Positions 27,094 to 41,972 of a DNA stretch of 64,000 nt are shown piece after piece. The position numbers and the translations under genes are program-made. Source of the stretch: Octopus vulgaris (lineage: Eukaryota); NCBI GenBank assembly GCA_951406725.2, contig OX597814.1, positions 111,786,001-111,850,000 on the forward strand, in the 5' to 3' direction. Every line of letters begins with the position of its first letter. Position 1 is the first letter of the stretch. The notes beneath the pieces were generated by a model. The model did no database searches. It had not been told where the DNA came from and saw only the letters and a program-made list of their open reading frames with translations.

Positions 27094-28444
27094 GCATGCA
27101 CGCTCGGAGAACGCACACCTATTCTGTGTATGTGTGTATGAAACTGTAATTAGTATGATAATCTTTATAGTACATATACATGTTTCAGAAAATCGACTGT
27201 CGTTATTATGCAAAGTCATTAATCTTATACTGTAATATTACCGATCCTCCTCCCTAGCATTCGCAACACACTTCTATAGTACACTACACATATATACAAA
27301 CATAAATATACACACGCACATACACACACACACACACACATACACATTTATGTAGGTATGTTTATATGCGCTCGACGCGTGAAAATTAAGCCACATAGGT
27401 TTTGGCTCCAGTGTTAATCTCGTTACACTCCCACCGACGCATGTACACACAGGTTATCCGTATTGGACGGTGGGATAGGGCGTAATACAAAGGGGACAAC
27501 AATAATCCTTGCTACCAAAGGCACAAGGCCTGAAATTTAGGGGAAGAGGCCAGTCGATTACATCTACCCTCGGTACTTATTTAATCGCCCCCGAAAGGAT
27601 GAAAGGCAAAGTCGATCTCGACGGAATTTGAACCAGAAGGTAACGACATAAATATATATATGCTACGGGCTTCTTTCAGTTTCCATCTATCAAATCCACT
27701 TATAAGGCTTTGGTCAGCCCGAGGCTATAATAGGCACCACATAGTGGGACTGAACCCGGAACCATGTGGTTTGGAAGCGAGCTTCTTACCACGCAGCAAC
27801 TCCTGCGCCTGGATTGAGGGAGTGGAACGTGTAAAATGCTCGCTACATATGTTTCTTCTTTAGCTGAAGTAATAGTTATACGACGAGTAATGCTCAACAT
27901 GGATAATCATCAGGCTGTGATTAGCGAAATGAAGTGACGGTTACATTGTCGCTCGGACAACGTTTCATATCCTACATCGTCCACGTTTTGTCCGCTATAC
28001 TTTCCACTCACTGCCTGATACTTACTGACTTTCAACACTCGGATCCTTGGGGTGTATTCCCCGCCCCCATACACACACAAACGCACGCGCACACACATGT
28101 GGGGCGAGAGAATGTGTGACAGAGTTAGACAGATCAATACATACACACGAATTATTTTTTAAAATCTCAGTTGTTTATGTAAATCAAACGATCAGTACAC
28201 CATAAAGAATTTGCTTTTACAGAGCTGTTGACCCTACTTACTGAAAGCCCCATGAACTGAGTAAGGGCGCTTCCTACTGTTATGTAGGCCTCTACAGTAT
28301 ATTTTACGCTTTCCAAATAAGTTGGGGTGTTAAACGTTGATCAATATGTCGCCCGCTCTTATTTTTATCATGTATTAACCCGTTAGTATTCATATTACTC
28401 TATCGTATGAAAGCTTTGTTTAGTTACATTGTTTTAAATTAACC

Positions 28445-28848
28445 TATTTCTTTACTACCCACAAGGGGCTAAACACAGAGGGGACAAACAAGGACAGACA
28501 AACGGATTAAGTCGATTATATCGACCCCAGTGCGTAACTGGCACTTATTTAATCGACCCCGAAAGGATGAAAGGGAAAGTCGACCTCGGCGGAATTTGAA
28601 CTCACAACGTAAAAACAGAAGAAATACCTATTTCTTTATTACCCACAAGAGGCTAAACATAGAGGGGACAAACAAGGACAGACATAGGTATTAAGTCGAT
28701 TACATCGACCCCAGTGCGTAACTGGTACTTAATTTATCGACCCCGAAAGGATGAAAGGTAAAGTCGACTTCGGCGGAATTTGAACTCAGAACGTAACGGC
28801 AGACGAAATACGGCTAAGCATTTCGCCCGGCGTGCTAACGTTTCTGCC
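28445..28848 (-). mobile_element. SINE family A dimer ending in the Tx1-like tail
   Basis: TSD taaattaacc at 28435-28444 and 28849-28858. Confidence 0.9.
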
Positions 28849-30569
28849 TAAATTAACCGTGTATTATTTGGCAATTTGGCGATTCCGATGATGTAACTGT
28901 TTATTTTTAAGAATGACATTGTAGGGCAGGCGTGAAAGACCAAATTTTCCCCGTTTGAACATAAAGCATATAGAATATTTGGGCCTGACATGGGCGGTCT
29001 AAATGCTAAAGGGTTATGTCCAGTCCAATTCAATGACCCGTCACAAATGTTTGTTTACTTCCATCGCCTCAGCCTTAACGTTGAGTGTTTTATGAAGTCA
29101 GCTGAGGTCGTCTGCTGATAATAATACCACCATCATAATATTATTTTACGTTAAAATTATATCGCTGCATCTTCTTACCGGGATTGAATGTTTAGCGATG
29201 ATTTCGAACGATGCTGGTTACAATATCGATCATAATTAACTATTGATGACGATCGGCTGCTTCATGAAGTTTAGTCTTTCGCGACGGAATTTTATTTTAA
29301 TGAGCCAATACGTTTCTATTTTCTATTTTATTATTTTTATTAAAACATATTTCTCCGTTTTTGTATTTGAACCAAGCGATAATCTAAAGGAACAAACGTT
29401 TCATTAATTTAATGAGACATTCCTTGAATAAAAATATCCAAATTTAAAATTTACATTGTAACTACTTTAATATCAATATTAATGAAGAGGAAAAGTTTCT
29501 GTTTTGTCGGATTGTTTTCGTATTTTGTTTTTGTTTTGCTTCTTTAATTTTAGACTTGAATCACAGACGGAGAAGTGAATAGATATCGCAGCTCGCTGCT
29601 TTAATGGCTAAAGACTGATCTCATCGCAAAAAAACAAACTGGCTCTACCTGATCTGGAATAATTTAAGATTTTATTTTTCAATATTCATGTTATTGATGA
29701 ATATTTTCTGACGGTGTCGCATGCATTAACATTTTAAATTCGTTGAAAGCGTTTTAAACCGAATTTTCCCCTTCCATGCGATGAATCATACGTAAAAAGT
29801 CGCGGCAAAGTGCGGCGTTATTTATCTGTGGCGAAACGAAAAAACAGAAAAGATAAAACAAAGTAGTTATCTACCCTTGCAACTGGTAACCCGTCTCGTG
29901 ACAATTTGACCAACATATGATAAATTCTGTAACGGCAGCAAATAGTTTAGCCTTAAACATTATCACTTGAAAGTGAATAAATATTAAATAGTGAATAAAT
30001 TGTTTATTGGATAGATACATGGAGACCATTTATAGACGAGTGGGCGGCTGCTTTCAGTTTTGTCAGCGAAACTAAAACTGAAACATAAAATATATTTAAA
30101 GTAAATATACAAAATAAAATGTAAACTTCTTTAAGGGATTAACTTAAGACTGACCTCGTGTAATCTATAGCAAAGTGACTGATTCTAATAATCAGTTTGA
30201 CCTGCTGTGGCCTAAAGGGGCATTGACTACATGTAATCACCCAGATAGTGGAGATAAAAGAAAAGAGAGAATAAGTAGGTTTCGCAAATAATTTGACTTA
30301 TTTTGAAGAAAACGTCTGACCTTTGTAATAAGATTTATTTTGACAAGCAGATAGATCCATGCACTTGTTGTTGATAAAGAAGATTTTGTGAGTGAACTGC
30401 AGCAGAATCTTGCAGAATCTACTTTTAGGTCACTGGTTTATCTCAACTAATTTGCAGAATTATTAAGACTTGCTGTGTTAGCTATTAAAGAGCTTCTTTC
30501 ATTTTTAATTGCTTTTCACTAAGGATCATTGAAAAATTTCAATGAAAGACACACACACACGCACACAGA

Positions 30570-30653
<84 letters not shown>

Positions 30654-30946
30654 TGCATGCGTCTATGTATGTGTTTGCATGAATGAATGTATGTTTGCAT
30701 GTATGTCTGCATGTATGTGTGTATGTATGTATGTTTTGGACACAATATTGACTTATAAAGCCTTTAATATACATAGTAGTATATTATGGTCGAATAACGA
30801 AACACGGTGTTCTTATGCATGCATACATACATACATACATACATACATGCATGCATACATACATACATACATACATACATACATACATACATACATACAT
30901 ACATACATACATACATACATACATACATACATACATACATACATAC

Positions 30947-31740
30947 AAATCTGGAATACATGCCCAAAGAAGTCGCACGACTCTACCGCAACGTTTTAAC
31001 AGATGAAAGAATGAGCCTATATGAGCAGAAGAAAATGCATGGATATGTTAGTAGAAAGCTCCGTAATGATAGTAACATCGATCATCAAAGCAGTTTATCA
31101 TGGACGAATAGCCGGATTACTACCTCCCACTTTGAAGGATATGAGTTTGTAATCCAGGAACAGGAAGTATCAACCAAATGGTGGAAGCACTCCGTCGGTT
31201 ACGACGATGAGGGTTCCGGTTGATCCGAATCAACGGAACAGCCTGCTCGTGAAATTAACGCGCAAGTGCCTGAGCACTCCACAGACACGTGCACCCTTAA
31301 CGTAGTTCTCGGGGATATTCAGCGTGACACAGAGAGTGACAAGGCCGGCCCCTTGAAATACAGGTACAACAGAAACAGGAAGTAAGAGTGAGAGAAAGAG
31401 TATAGCAGGGATCACCACCATCCCCTGCCGGAGCCTCGTGGAGCTTTTGGGTGTTTTCGCTCAATAAACACTCACAACGCCCGGTCTGGGAATCGAAACC
31501 GCGATCCTATGACCGCGAGTCCGCTGCCCTAACCACTGGGCCATTGCGCCTCCATCAACCAAATACCTGATGCACAAAAGGGATAGAGATGCAGCAGTAA
31601 AATGTGACAACCAATGCAGACTTTGTGGAGTTCACACCGAAGATATCATCCACATCAAAGCAGTTGGTCCGAAAATATCATCACAGTTTATCTACCGATG
31701 AGACATGATGTTGTAGCTAGGACGCCCTATAATGAGGTTT
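30947..31740 (+). pseudogene. R4/Dong-like (RLE-clade) non-LTR retrotransposon fragment, split by a SINE
   Basis: KKMHGYV...FEGYEFVIQEQEVSTK|YLMHKR...CRLCGVHTEDIIHI...MRHDVVAR (zinc knuckle plus RHD motif). Confidence 0.82.
31180..31553 (-). mobile_element. tRNA-derived SINE family C, full length
   Basis: Head ggaggcgcaatggcccagtggttagggcagcgg...gtttcgattccc; TSD atcaaccaaat at 31169-31179 and 31554-31564. Confidence 0.92.
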
Positions 31741-31763
31741 ATCATTCGAATATATATGAACTG

Positions 31764-32192
<429 letters not shown>

Positions 32193-32316
32193 TGGCAACT
32201 CTTATAGTTAATGAAAAAAAAAACGAAGGAAAACACAATAAGAAAAAACAACAGCGACGCGAAGACGTGGTAGATGGAAAGTATTAAAAGACGCTCAGGG
32301 AAGGAAAGAAAGGGTG

Positions 32317-32349
32317 TTTAACGTTTCGAACAAAGTTCTTCATCAGAAA
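32317..32349 (-). ncRNA. Minimal type I hammerhead motif in a Penelope-like repeat (32210-32378)
   Basis: Minus strand uuu-CUGAUGA-A-GAAC-uuu-GUUC-GAAA-CG-UU-aaa. Confidence 0.7.
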
Positions 32350-32376
32350 GTTCTTTCTCAGATAAGAGAGTGTAAG

Positions 32377-32459
<83 letters not shown>

Positions 32460-32590
32460 CATACATATATATACATACATACATATATATACATACATAC
32501 ATATATATACATATATATATATATATATACATAGATACATATATATATATATACATATATGCATATATACATATATATATGCATACATAC

Positions 32591-32634
<44 letters not shown>

Positions 32635-32635
<1 letters not shown>

Positions 32636-33013
32636 CTTTTACTCGTTTCAGTTATTAGACAGCGACCATGCTGGGGTATTGTCAGAATCTATAGTAGATT
32701 TTACTTATTCTATCAGTCGCTTTTGTTAAGCCGCTAAGTTACGAGAACCAACTGGGAGGACAAACATACACACACACACAGATATGCACACGCGCGCACA
32801 CATCTACACAGGCACATAAACACACACTCACGCGCACACACACACACACACACACACGACGAGCTTCTTTCAATTTCCGTCTGTCAGATCCACTCACAAA
32901 GCTTAGGTCGGTCCAAAGCTATAGGAGAAGACACTTGCCCAAGGTGCCACCACACAGTGGAGCTGAACCCGGAACCATGTGGTTGGCAAGCTAGCTTCTT
33001 ACCACACAGCCAC
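32635..33013 (-). mobile_element. SINE family B, diverged
   Basis: Consensus match. Confidence 0.8.
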
Positions 33014-33477
33014 CTTAGCGTCCAAGAATGTCATTTTCTCAAACCATAGGTTTCATAAGGCCGACTACCCAGTTTTCATGGCGACAGGTGACTGAGATCA
33101 AAGCTGATTTATTACTGGGTCCAAGGCTAGCCTTTTTGAGGAGAGGGGCGATTTGTTTACAACGATCTCAATACTTGACTGAAGCTTTATTTTATCGACC
33201 CCGATGGAATGAAAGGCAAAGTTAAATTCTGAGATTTGAACTCAGAATGTAAAGCGCCGAACAAACGTTACTAAGTATTTTGTCTGACGTCCAAACCATT
33301 CTAAGAGCCGGCCACCTTTTATGAATACACACACACATACACACATATGCAAAAACACACACGCACAGACACGCACACACACGCACGCGCACACACACGC
33401 GCACACACAAAGATACAATAACACATAGAGTAACACAAACACACACACGCACGCACACACGCACGCACACACGCACG

Positions 33478-33533
<56 letters not shown>

Positions 33534-33933
33534 TTTTATTTTACCCTTTGCTCTTGTCAGTTTGTTCTCCACACTCCATAATTTCAGTCTATATTTAGTT
33601 CAGAATCAACAGGCTTCGGTGTTCGTAGTGATAACCTGTAAGTTTCAATAATTCAGCGGTTCTACCATGGGTAGAAGCTCGGTTGCAGATAAGACACTTG
33701 GTTGTTTCCAGGAGGGCCCCAGGAATTTTTCGAAGGAAGAGCACAAGGTCAGAAGGGAATACAATTGCGGGAGAAAAGGGCCTAATAGCATTATTTAAAA
33801 TGGCATACTTCTTTTCTTGAGGCGGGGCACGTGCCCCTCAGGATCCCCCTTGGCTCCGCCTCTGGTTTCTGAGCATTCACATTCAAAGACTTGGTGCTAG
33901 GATTTGGTAGACGGAAACTGAAAGAAGCCCGTC

Positions 33934-33994
<61 letters not shown>

Positions 33995-34081
33995 GTGTGT
34001 ATATATATTCGACTCTCGAAAAAATGTCTGGGCGGAAAGTCGCCTCACCGGCGAACGCACAACCTAGGGTTGTTTTTATAG

Positions 34082-34280
34082 ATGACTAGCTGTTGCCCAT
34101 GTCACCGACGTTACCCAAGGGAAAGGCAAAGGGGCCGATACAGCTTGGCACCACGGACGTTGCAACTCATTTCTACAGCTGAGTAAACTGGACCATCGTA
34201 AAAAAGTTCTCGGTGCAGGAATCGAACTCACAACCTCACGATCGTAAGCTCGACGTGCTAACCACTGAGCCATGTGCCTT
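34082..34280 (-). mobile_element. tRNA-derived SINE (family D)
   Basis: Head tggctcagtggttagcacgtcgagcttacgatcgtgaggttgtgagttcgattcc; body shared with 4300-4393 and 8165-8290. Confidence 0.7.
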
Positions 34281-34371
34281 ATATATATATATATATATAT
34301 GGGGGGGGGGCATATATGTATGTATGTATGTATGTATGTAGCTATGTATATATGTATGTATGTATGCATGT

Positions 34372-34830
34372 GCTTGTGTATCTGTTTGTCCCCCCACCAT
34401 CGTTTGACAACAGATGTTGGTATGTTTACGTTCCCGTAACTTAGCGGTTCGGCAAAACAGACCGAGAGAATAAGTACTAGGCTTACAAAGAATAAGTCCT
34501 GGGGGCGATTTGTTCGACCAAAGGCAGTGCTCCAGCATGGCCGCGGTCAAATGACTGAAACAGGTAAAAGAATAAAAGAAAATGTCCCTCAGCACAAATA
34601 GACTCATCCACAATATCAGACGTGGAGGCGCGTGATTTAGTGGTTAGGGTGTTGGACTCATGATATTAAGACTGTGGTTTCGATTCCTGGACCGTGTGAC
34701 GCGTTGCGCTCTTGAACAAAACACTTCATTTCAGTTTACTCCAGTCCACTCAGCTGGCAAAATGGGAGTGACCCAGCGGTGGACCCTCATCCTGTCCAGG
34801 GAGGGACATATACGCCAGAGTAACCGAGAA
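34372..34830 (+). mobile_element. SINE family B 3' body followed by another tRNA-derived SINE (34622-34830)
   Basis: Consensus matches; head tagtggttagggtgttggactcatg...gtttcgattcc. Confidence 0.7.
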
Positions 34831-35652
34831 ACCGACCCTATGCTCCTTAAGGAATAATGTGGAAGATATTAAATTTCAAATTCTCTGCTGAAGCCACCAA
34901 ATCTTATTCCCGAGCAGAAATCTTAGGCCTGGCTAAGTGGTTAAGAAGTTCGCTTTGTTTGCAACCATGTAGTTTTGGGTTCAGTCTCACTGTGCGGCGT
35001 CTTGGGACAAATATCTTCTGCTATAGCCCCAAGCCGACCAATCCTTCGAGAGTGAATTTGGTGGATGAAATTATGTGGAACCCAGTCATATATAAATCTA
35101 TGTGCGTGTGCTTATGTTTGTTTCTCAACCGTTGGGAACCGGTGTTTTTTTTTTTACATCCCCGGAACTCAGCAGTTTGACGAAAGAAACCGATATCACG
35201 TTTGTGTTACACTGCTTCATGTAAACGGCAACGAGCTTACGAGAGAGTATATCGCTTAAAGTTCTTAAATAGTCTCGCAACTTGCCTTTTGTCTTGAAGG
35301 CCAGACAGTGTCGCAAGCTTTACTCCTCTCTTTTAACAAGGGGTCAGTCCAATATCTACCAGAGTTTTCTGTATTTGGTCCCTCGAGGGGAATGAGAAAA
35401 ACAACCCCTTTTGCCTCTCCCGTACTTGGATAAAAATACCAGTCTGAAAGAAATAAGTACTGGAGTTGATCTGTTTGACCAAAATCTTTCAAGGAAGTGT
35501 CCCAACATGGCTGCAGGTCAAGGCAGTGTCCAACATGGCGGCATTCAAGTAAAAGGTAAAATACATCGAACTTGTAACACATCTAGAGTGAAAAAATGAA
35601 AGTATATTTGCCTCCAGTCCGAGTAACAAACTGTCTTTTTTCTTCCTCTTCG

Positions 35653-35687
35653 CTGTCAGACGAAAAGCAGTGTTCGAAACGTTGTAG
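35653..35687 (+). ncRNA. Decayed minimal type I hammerhead motif
   Basis: ctgt-CAGACGA-A-aagc-agt-gttc-GAAA-CG-TT-gtag; one core substitution and a weak stem II. Confidence 0.4.
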
Positions 35688-37347
35688 TCTGCATATTTCC
35701 ATTAAATTTCTTCTAAAACCTATCATTTTATCAGACTCAAAGACAAAGTAACAGAAATGTGCAGTGCAGGGACTGAGTCGAATGAACCGATGTAATGTCT
35801 GACATTTAATTTAGAAATTCTTAGAGACATTACAGTAAAATTCAACTTGTGGTAACGTTGCCTTTATTAGGGTCACTAAGGAAGATTACTCTGTGATGAT
35901 TAGATGGGCCATTGAAGGGGTGAGGTGCTACTGTTAGTGATGTGACTGACCAATAGTGGCCTAAATACCAGGCAAACCAGCTTGTGTTTCAAACCCTCCA
36001 CTCACCCTTGCGCCCACAAAACTTTAAGTCATCTGGAACTGAGTGAAACTGTTACTAAATATATGTAACTCCAACCAAATGTATTGAGTGCTACTTGTTT
36101 TAGCCTGTTCATGCACACAATGTGACACTGAGACAATAACTCCCACAACTCTGTAGTGTTTGACATTTATTTTAAAATAAAACCCTGGAAACTGGGGTCG
36201 GTTGCTCTCCGCACATTCTCTTCTCCTCGGTTTCACCGGTTCTTCAAAGCAAAATGCCTTTTAGTAACTCTCACTACCATAGTTTTAACATGTGGGTTTT
36301 ATGCCCTATACCGTATGTCCCATAGCTTCTATTTCAGTACTCACGACGAAACACTTGCTTTGTGCTCTTCAGAAATTGCTTTGTGGTCTTCAGAAATCTA
36401 TTTGCAAGTCTATGCTAACCTTTCTAGATTACATGTCGCTCCTCGTTATTTGTATACTTGTACCCACTGGCATTGCTCTATAAAGTCAACAACAAACAAA
36501 TGATCCATTCTATTTTCTCTGCCTTTGTCACTTTTGTGTTACGCTGCTCCATGAACTTACGGGAGGATACATCGTTTAAGATCCTTACGTAGCCCAGCAA
36601 CTTGCTCTCGGCCTTGATGTCCGGACGGCCGTAAGCTTTACCCTTTTGTTTTAATAAGGTATCAGTCCAGGTATCTATCAGGGTTTCCCATATTTGGTCC
36701 ATTTTGCTATCTCCCGCTCCTGGATAATATCCTCGGTTAAGGGGAAAGTTTTTTTGACATATACTCACCACAACTCTGTTCTGGACTGTGATTTGTGCAT
36801 GCTCAAATAATGAAGGCAATTTTAGTACACCGTCTTCATTTGTGCATTCATCGCTCGGCAAAAGACGATATTTATGTGTGCGAATGTTTGTGTTGTTGCC
36901 AATAAAGTCGCTAATAATGTTCACACTTGTAGCATTGTTGATGGAAATGCCATTAAGTTTCCTTTTTCTTTTAAAATGTGTCTCTTTTATACATTAACAA
37001 TGTTTTCTTGTTCATCTGTTTTTCTTTCTTTGTTTGATTGTCTTCATTTCTATTTTGTCTTTTCTTTTAAGAAAGTGGCTGTGGTTGCTATTTCTTGTAG
37101 TTATTTTGCCCATCTATGCGAGTAAAGAAAGAAAAATGTAATTTGTCTTAATAAAAAAAAAAAAGAAGAAAAATGAACCTTATTCCTTCGTCTGAACACT
37201 GCAAGTGTAGACTTGCAAATTCAGGTTTTTTTTTGTGTATGAATAAATAAATAAAAAAAAAAAGAAAAATATTTCATACGGTTCATACGAGGTAGAATAC
37301 AATGTTTTGAAGAGTAACTTGAAAACGCATCTAAGTAGGTGAGCAGC

Positions 37348-38078
<731 letters not shown>

Positions 38079-38879
38079 GGCTCTTTCTAATTTTAGCACA
38101 AAGCCAGTAATTTTAGACAGAGGAGAGTAGTCATTACCATCGACCTCAGTACATTTGTAGTACTTTATTTTATCGACCCCGAAAAGTTGAAAGGCAAAGT
38201 CGATCTCGGCGGCATTTGAACTTAGAACGTAAACAACGCGAAGAAACGCCGCTAAGCATTTTGTCCAACAATGACGACGATAACAACTACGGATGCAAAT
38301 AGCCAACAAACAAGCGGAATGTGTTATTATTACGTCGGGGTTTATTTAAAAGAAGCATACTCTCATGTATTCTTAATAACGTTTATCTTTCATTAAAGTT
38401 TTCTTGTCAAAGAAATGATAAAAAGCTCGACTAATTTGAAAATAGCCATAAATCAGAGATAAACACTTTACGAATCTAAGCCATTTACTGGATGAAGGAA
38501 AATGGTGGCTATGATGGCGGCGATTCGGGAGAGGAATTGCGCTTAGAAGAACAAATGTTAAATAAATAAAATACAAAATATTTTAAAACTAAAACATATC
38601 TAATTATATCCGGACAGTTTTTAATTTAAACACCCATTATTTATTGCTGATGTTGTTGTGGCTATGACTAAGCAGACCAATCTTTGATCATAGCTCTTCC
38701 AGTGGCAACCATCCCATCATATCTTTTATTTTACCGTTTTACTTGTTTCGGTCATTGGACTGCGGCCATGCTGGGGGCACCGTCATGGGGAGTTTTTGTC
38801 GGACAAATCAACTCCAGTACTTATTAAAAAAAATCAGGTATCAATTCTATCGGTCTGCTTGTCTGGTTTCAGAAATCAG

Positions 38880-40480
38880 TAACTGATCCAATGGGCCCCG
38901 ATGAGTGCGTAAGATCCCCCACACAAGCATTTTCGCCAATGATTATGGGTTAGAGTTAGGGTTAATGATTTTAGTCTTTGTCTTCAAGCGGTTTATTGAA
39001 AGACCGACTCCAATGGCAGCCGATTCCAGTTTTGTGAGGAGAGTTTGAACATTTGTGCGTATGTGAGACGAGTTCGAAGTCGCGGTGAGTGAGATGCTGG
39101 ATGATGTGAGCCTTGGTGGGGACGGAGTCATGTCCAGTTCAGATACCACAGAATGCCGTAGTACACAGCCTGAAACTATAATCTTTTCTACTTTTGGCAC
39201 AAGGCCCGAAATGTTTGGGGAGGGGGGCAGTCGTACTTAATTTATCGACCCCCGAAAGGGTGAAAGACAAAGTCGATCTCGGTGGAATTTGAACTCAGAA
39301 CATAACGACATACGAAATACTTATTTCTTTACTACCCACAAGGGGCTAAACACAAGAGGATAAACAAGGACAGACAAACGGATTAAGTCGATTATATCGA
39401 CCCCAGTGCGTAGATGGTACTTATTTAATCGACCCCGAAAGGATAAAAGGCAAAGTTGACCTCGGTGGAATTTGAACTCAGAACGTAACGGCAGACGAAA
39501 TACCTATTTCTTTACTACCCACAAGGGGCTAAACACAGAGAGGACAAACAAGGACAGGCAAACGGATTAAGTCGATTATATCGACTCCAGTGCGTAACTG
39601 GCTCTTAATTTATCGACCCTGAAAGGATGACAGACAAAGTCGACTTTGGTGGAATTTGAACTCAGAACGTAGCGGAGGACGAAATACGGCTACGGATTTC
39701 GCCCGGCGTGCTAACGATTCTGCCAGCTCGCCGCCCTAGCCTGAAACTATAATGAAAAAGAAAGGAAGTAAGGTGTTCCATTGGAGAAATGTGTTGACTC
39801 CGAATATGTAGGTGTCTCCGTCTGGGATGCATGCGCTATCATTGCATTCTGCATAGATAGGGAGGATGGCATTTACAACTTCATTTGGTATGAGAATCTA
39901 AAACACCCACACGGTAGCCGGAGTCAAAAGCTTTGATGAAATCCACAAAAACGGCGCATAAAGTCATGCCTTTCTTTCCTGAGATCGTTTCAATAAGTCG
40001 GTTTACATTTAAAGTAGGCAGAGCGGCCTTTGCGGAAGTCGTTTTAGTTTGATCAGAGGAATATTTTGAACACAGAACTGGATGCGACGCGGAAGTTCAA
40101 TATCTGGATACAGGTAAGGGCTGGAAACCGCTACACTCTACGGTAGCTGACACTGTTAACGGTGGCGTTGGTCTTCTGCACTTCCTTAGAATCCGTGGCA
40201 ACCATATATCAACGTGTCCTCGTCTCCACATTTTCCAGCAGTAAGAAATTTCAAAAGCGATGACCTAAACTAGCTATCATCGTTTGCTTTTCAAAGTACA
40301 GCGAAAGAAGAACATGTAAACATCTTCTGTGATGACATACAGCGAGCAATCGATACCCTTGGACGAAACTCTCTTCAAGCAATTTTCAGTACCTGGAATA
40401 CAGGTCTAAAAACCGCGCCACAAAATCCATGGGCATTTTCAGACAAACCAAACAGAAACTCTTATGGTTTCTCAGACTTT
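38880..40480 (-). pseudogene. Old RTE-like LINE reverse transcriptase fragment, interrupted by SINE A
   Basis: FVDFIKAFDS (about 39950-39920), TLLPFFFIIVSGCVLR, LLTKLESAAIGVGLSINRLKTK; upstream boundary uncertain. Confidence 0.75.
39183..39737 (-). mobile_element. SINE family A trimer
   Basis: One head plus three body units; 16-bp TSD agcctgaaactataat at 39167-39182 and 39738-39753. Confidence 0.93.
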
Positions 40481-41192
40481 CTGCCTGCGGTCGCACTCTT
40501 CTCTGCAAACACAGCTTCCCGCAAGGGCCATCGTTAAATTTGTGTTAGCATGTCTAATGTAGAAGCATCAAATCTCTAAGTTAAAATTTTTAGTCAAAGC
40601 AAATCGTTATAGTTTAAGGAAATCTGCTGCTTGGTGTATGTATCCGAAACGCGAACTCAGGACTCGTGGGACAAATGACAGGGAAGGAATCTCGTCTACC
40701 TTTTAGCGTAAAGCTGTTGCACCTTTCGCGTTTGATAAATATGGCCGATTGAAGAATAAATAAATAAATGAATAAATAAATAAGGTTAACAAATTGATTT
40801 ACTGTGTAAACACATCAAACAATATTCTAAACGTAAGTTCTGAAATAAATGTTTATTTAACACATTTTAGTCGATGTTTTACGAGAGTAATTAAAACAGA
40901 GAAACTGAAGCGGTTACCGGAGAAGGGAGAGGAGAGTTAGAAGAGAGAGGAGAGAGAGAGACATAGAGAGGAGAAAGCGAGAGAGAGATGGCAATATGGA
41001 AGCTAGACCGGTTATCGGAAGTCAAAGATGGCGTTCTTTTTATCGAAAACCACAACATATCTAATTGTCGGCGTTGTGTGTCATATCTGTTGAATCAGGG
41101 ACGACCATAGATTTTATAACGGGTGCACAAACACCGGTAGTTACTAAACACCTATTCATCAATAAAGTCTCCTCTTCTCTCCTCTGTCTTTA

Positions 41193-41242
<50 letters not shown>

Positions 41243-41721
41243 CTTCTTTCACTATATTCACCAACGTCAAGTTGTGCAGCATCCATGAACAGATTCGAAA
41301 AAAAACCTTCTGATCCGTTTTCGCACGTCTGCCTTCCTGCGCCTTATGGCGTGTGGCTTTTTTTTTAAACACGCAGACTTATTACTTACGCTAAATCATT
41401 AACACCAACACTAACTCTATTGTCGGCAGCGCGTGAGTGTGCGCACGCGAGTCTATATATGAGAATGCATGCATGCATGTATGTATGTATTTGTTGGTAT
41501 CCGTGTAGATACGTAGGAGGGTGTGTTTCTAGGTAAGCTACACGTGCTTACGTGTGTGACAGTGCGTACGTACCAGTTGTCTAATTAGGCTACACACACA
41601 CAAACAAATAATACATACATATTTATGTCTACATACATGTTTATATATATCTATATATATAAATAAATAAATAGTATAAAGTTTATATATATATACACAT
41701 ACATATATAGATACATACATT

Positions 41722-41791
<70 letters not shown>

Positions 41792-41931
41792 CATGTATAT
41801 ATACATGTATATATTCAAAAGAGAATGACTCTTCCCAGACACAACAGAATACACACACACACACACACACACACGCATATATATGTTTATTTTTATCTGT
41901 CTAGTTATACACACACACACACACATACACA

Positions 41932-41972
<41 letters not shown>

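Noticed and set aside
31480-31553. tRNA gene candidates (also 34215-34280, 34622-34695, 11913-11977)
   Set aside because: They have A/B boxes but no proper acceptor stem and run into repeated bodies (one is TSD-bounded), so they are SINE heads.
39183-39737. Regularly spaced repeats resembling a CRISPR array
   Set aside because: Tandem SINE units of about 190 bp with no unique spacers and no cas genes, in eukaryotic context.
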